Assembly: GCA_043228905.1 (NCBI GenBank)
Contig: JBHGNT010000011.1
Span: 12,772,001-12,836,000 of the forward strand
Source: Azolla caroliniana
Lineage: Eukaryota; Plantae; Polypodiophyta
Length of the DNA stretch: 64,000 bases
Direction: 5' to 3'
Positions 62,431-64,000 of this stretch are shown piece by piece. Made by a program: the position numbers and the translations under genes. The first letter of the stretch is position 1. Every line of letters starts with the position of its first letter. The notes beneath the pieces are model-generated. The model did not search any database and was not told where the DNA came from. It saw only the letters and a program-made list of their open reading frames with translations.

Positions 62431-64000
62431 TGTCGTGGAGAAAACCGTCCATAAGCGGAATCGGCACACCAAGGCGTGGGAACCGGTTCTTCACGCGCGC
62501 ACGCTCCAAGTTGTACGTAGAAGCGAATTAGGAGGATAATCGGCAGGAACGGGCCCTAACACAAGTGGAGACAAAGACCGCGCGAACAGTCTTTTCGGTC
62601 GCGCGCGCGAGCGAAGGAACTGTACGAGTCGGCGGCGTAACTACGCGGACGCGTGAAGGACGGAGCGGATCCCTGTCCAAAAGGGACAGGGAATAAAGCT
62701 GACATGACGGCCTGCTCGTCGGCCTATATAAGGAGCAGGAAAGAGCTGTTGCAGGGATCTCGCGCAGAGAGGACGAAGTGCTGCCGGACCGTTTCTGGAC
62801 GCTTCGCCCTCTGTTTCCTTCCTTCTTGAGCTCCATAGCTTTTCTGTGCAGGGTTCCGAGGAGGCTCGCGCTGTTTCGAGGAACGCCCGAGTGCTTCCGG
62901 CAGCACCTCCGACCTGCTCCCCCCCTTTGTGCGTCGAAGCGAACAAGTATCGGCATCTGTTCGCCGGCTTGTTCGGTTGTAACCAACCTGAGCCCCATCG
63001 AGGGTTGTAGTCGTGTTAGCCATTTTTGTTAATATACATATTTAGTCGTTCGCATCTGTCTGTGTCGGTGTCTGTTCGCGTTCTCCGTGCTGAAGGGCCG
63101 TGTCCCTGTGTATCCCCGGTCCTGCGTAGCCGGTTCTCTCTCTTTCTCCTCCCTCGCTTGCTCTTTGGTTCGAGGCCCCCGCGGTTCCGCCTCGTTTCCA
63201 CACGCACTTGCGAAATATCTCGACATCTTTGGTGAACCCGACGTGAAAGAGGCGGCAGAAGAGCAGAAGATGAGGGGGTCGGATCTTGCAGAGGCCATGG
63301 CTTCGGCCGTAGATCGGATTGTAAACGCGCGCGAGGGCACCGGTGCCCTCGACAGAGCTATTGAGGCGGTCGTCGGCACGATCGGCCGGTTCGATGGGAA
63401 GGATGCCACGAAGTATTTGGCGTCCTACGGTGCAGAGATGCTGATGCGGGACATTCCGGAAGAAAGGCGTCTTGCCGGATTTCCCCGAGTGGCGATGCCG
63501 AGCATCCATGCGGAGGTGCTCAAGGTGCGGGCGGAGAGCCGTACCTGGGAGGAGTTCGAAGGTCGGCTCCTAGAGAAATACGGGCTGGATGACGCGCTCC
63601 GGCTTTCGAAGCGAAGGTTCATGGAATGGGTGGAGTCCCCGGGGAAGGGAAGAAACGCGTCGGCACTCCTCCGGGAGTTCGAGGAAAACTTTGCGCGCCT
63701 TTCGGCGCTCGACCGAACCATCCTGGACACGAGCCGGGTCTTGCTGTTTGTCAAGTCGGTCGACGAGCGGGATCGGGAGCAAGTGGGCCTCTTGCTGGAA
63801 ACCGAAGACGGGCTCACTACCGACTGGGCGGCTGTCAAGAAAGTCTGTGGCTGTTTCGACAAACGGCGAGAATGGGCGGATAACGGGGCAGCCGGGTCGG
63901 GCTCGGTCGCAGCAAGGAAGCTCGAACCAGCGCCACAGGTGCGAAAGGAAGAGACCCGAGAGTGGTTGGAAACCGGTTCGGCTTCGACCGGCGTAGTCAG
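62431..64000 (+). mobile_element. 5' part of another Trp-primed Gypsy (E8): LTR 62431-63225, PBS 63230-63247, gag from 63270
   Basis: TGTCGTGGAG...CTCGACA; MRGSDLAEAMASAVDRIV..; runs off the window. Confidence 0.9.

Overview
This is eukaryotic, very probably non-seed land-plant (bryophyte/lycophyte/fern-like) heterochromatin made almost entirely of nested retroelements; I found no credible intact host gene, rRNA, tRNA gene or CRISPR array. It contains two truncated Ty1/Copia remnants, two copies of a self-priming Tcn1-like chromovirus, one Athila/Tat-like Gypsy with an extra 3' ORF, about a dozen insertions (full, truncated or solo LTR) of a tRNA-Trp-primed non-chromovirus Gypsy lineage (Phygy-like), and an endonuclease-less Penelope-like element with a decayed hammerhead ribozyme. 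LTR ends, PBS/PPT and TSDs let most of the nesting order be rebuilt. Most interesting: (1) antisense tRNA-derived A-box/B-box modules with identical spacing in the U3 of three dissimilar LTR families; (2) 4-bp CpG-centred TSDs for the Trp-primed lineage; (3) the Penelope-like insertion flanked by a ~1.8-kb target duplication with a (GGCTCT)7 junction; (4) a covarying -1 frameshift pseudoknot between protease and RT; (5) a covarying pre-PPT hairpin with a palindromic loop; (6) a pol-less element whose gag runs into a repeated ~28-codon module. All alignments were done by eye, so coordinates may be off by a few bases and lineage names need a database check.
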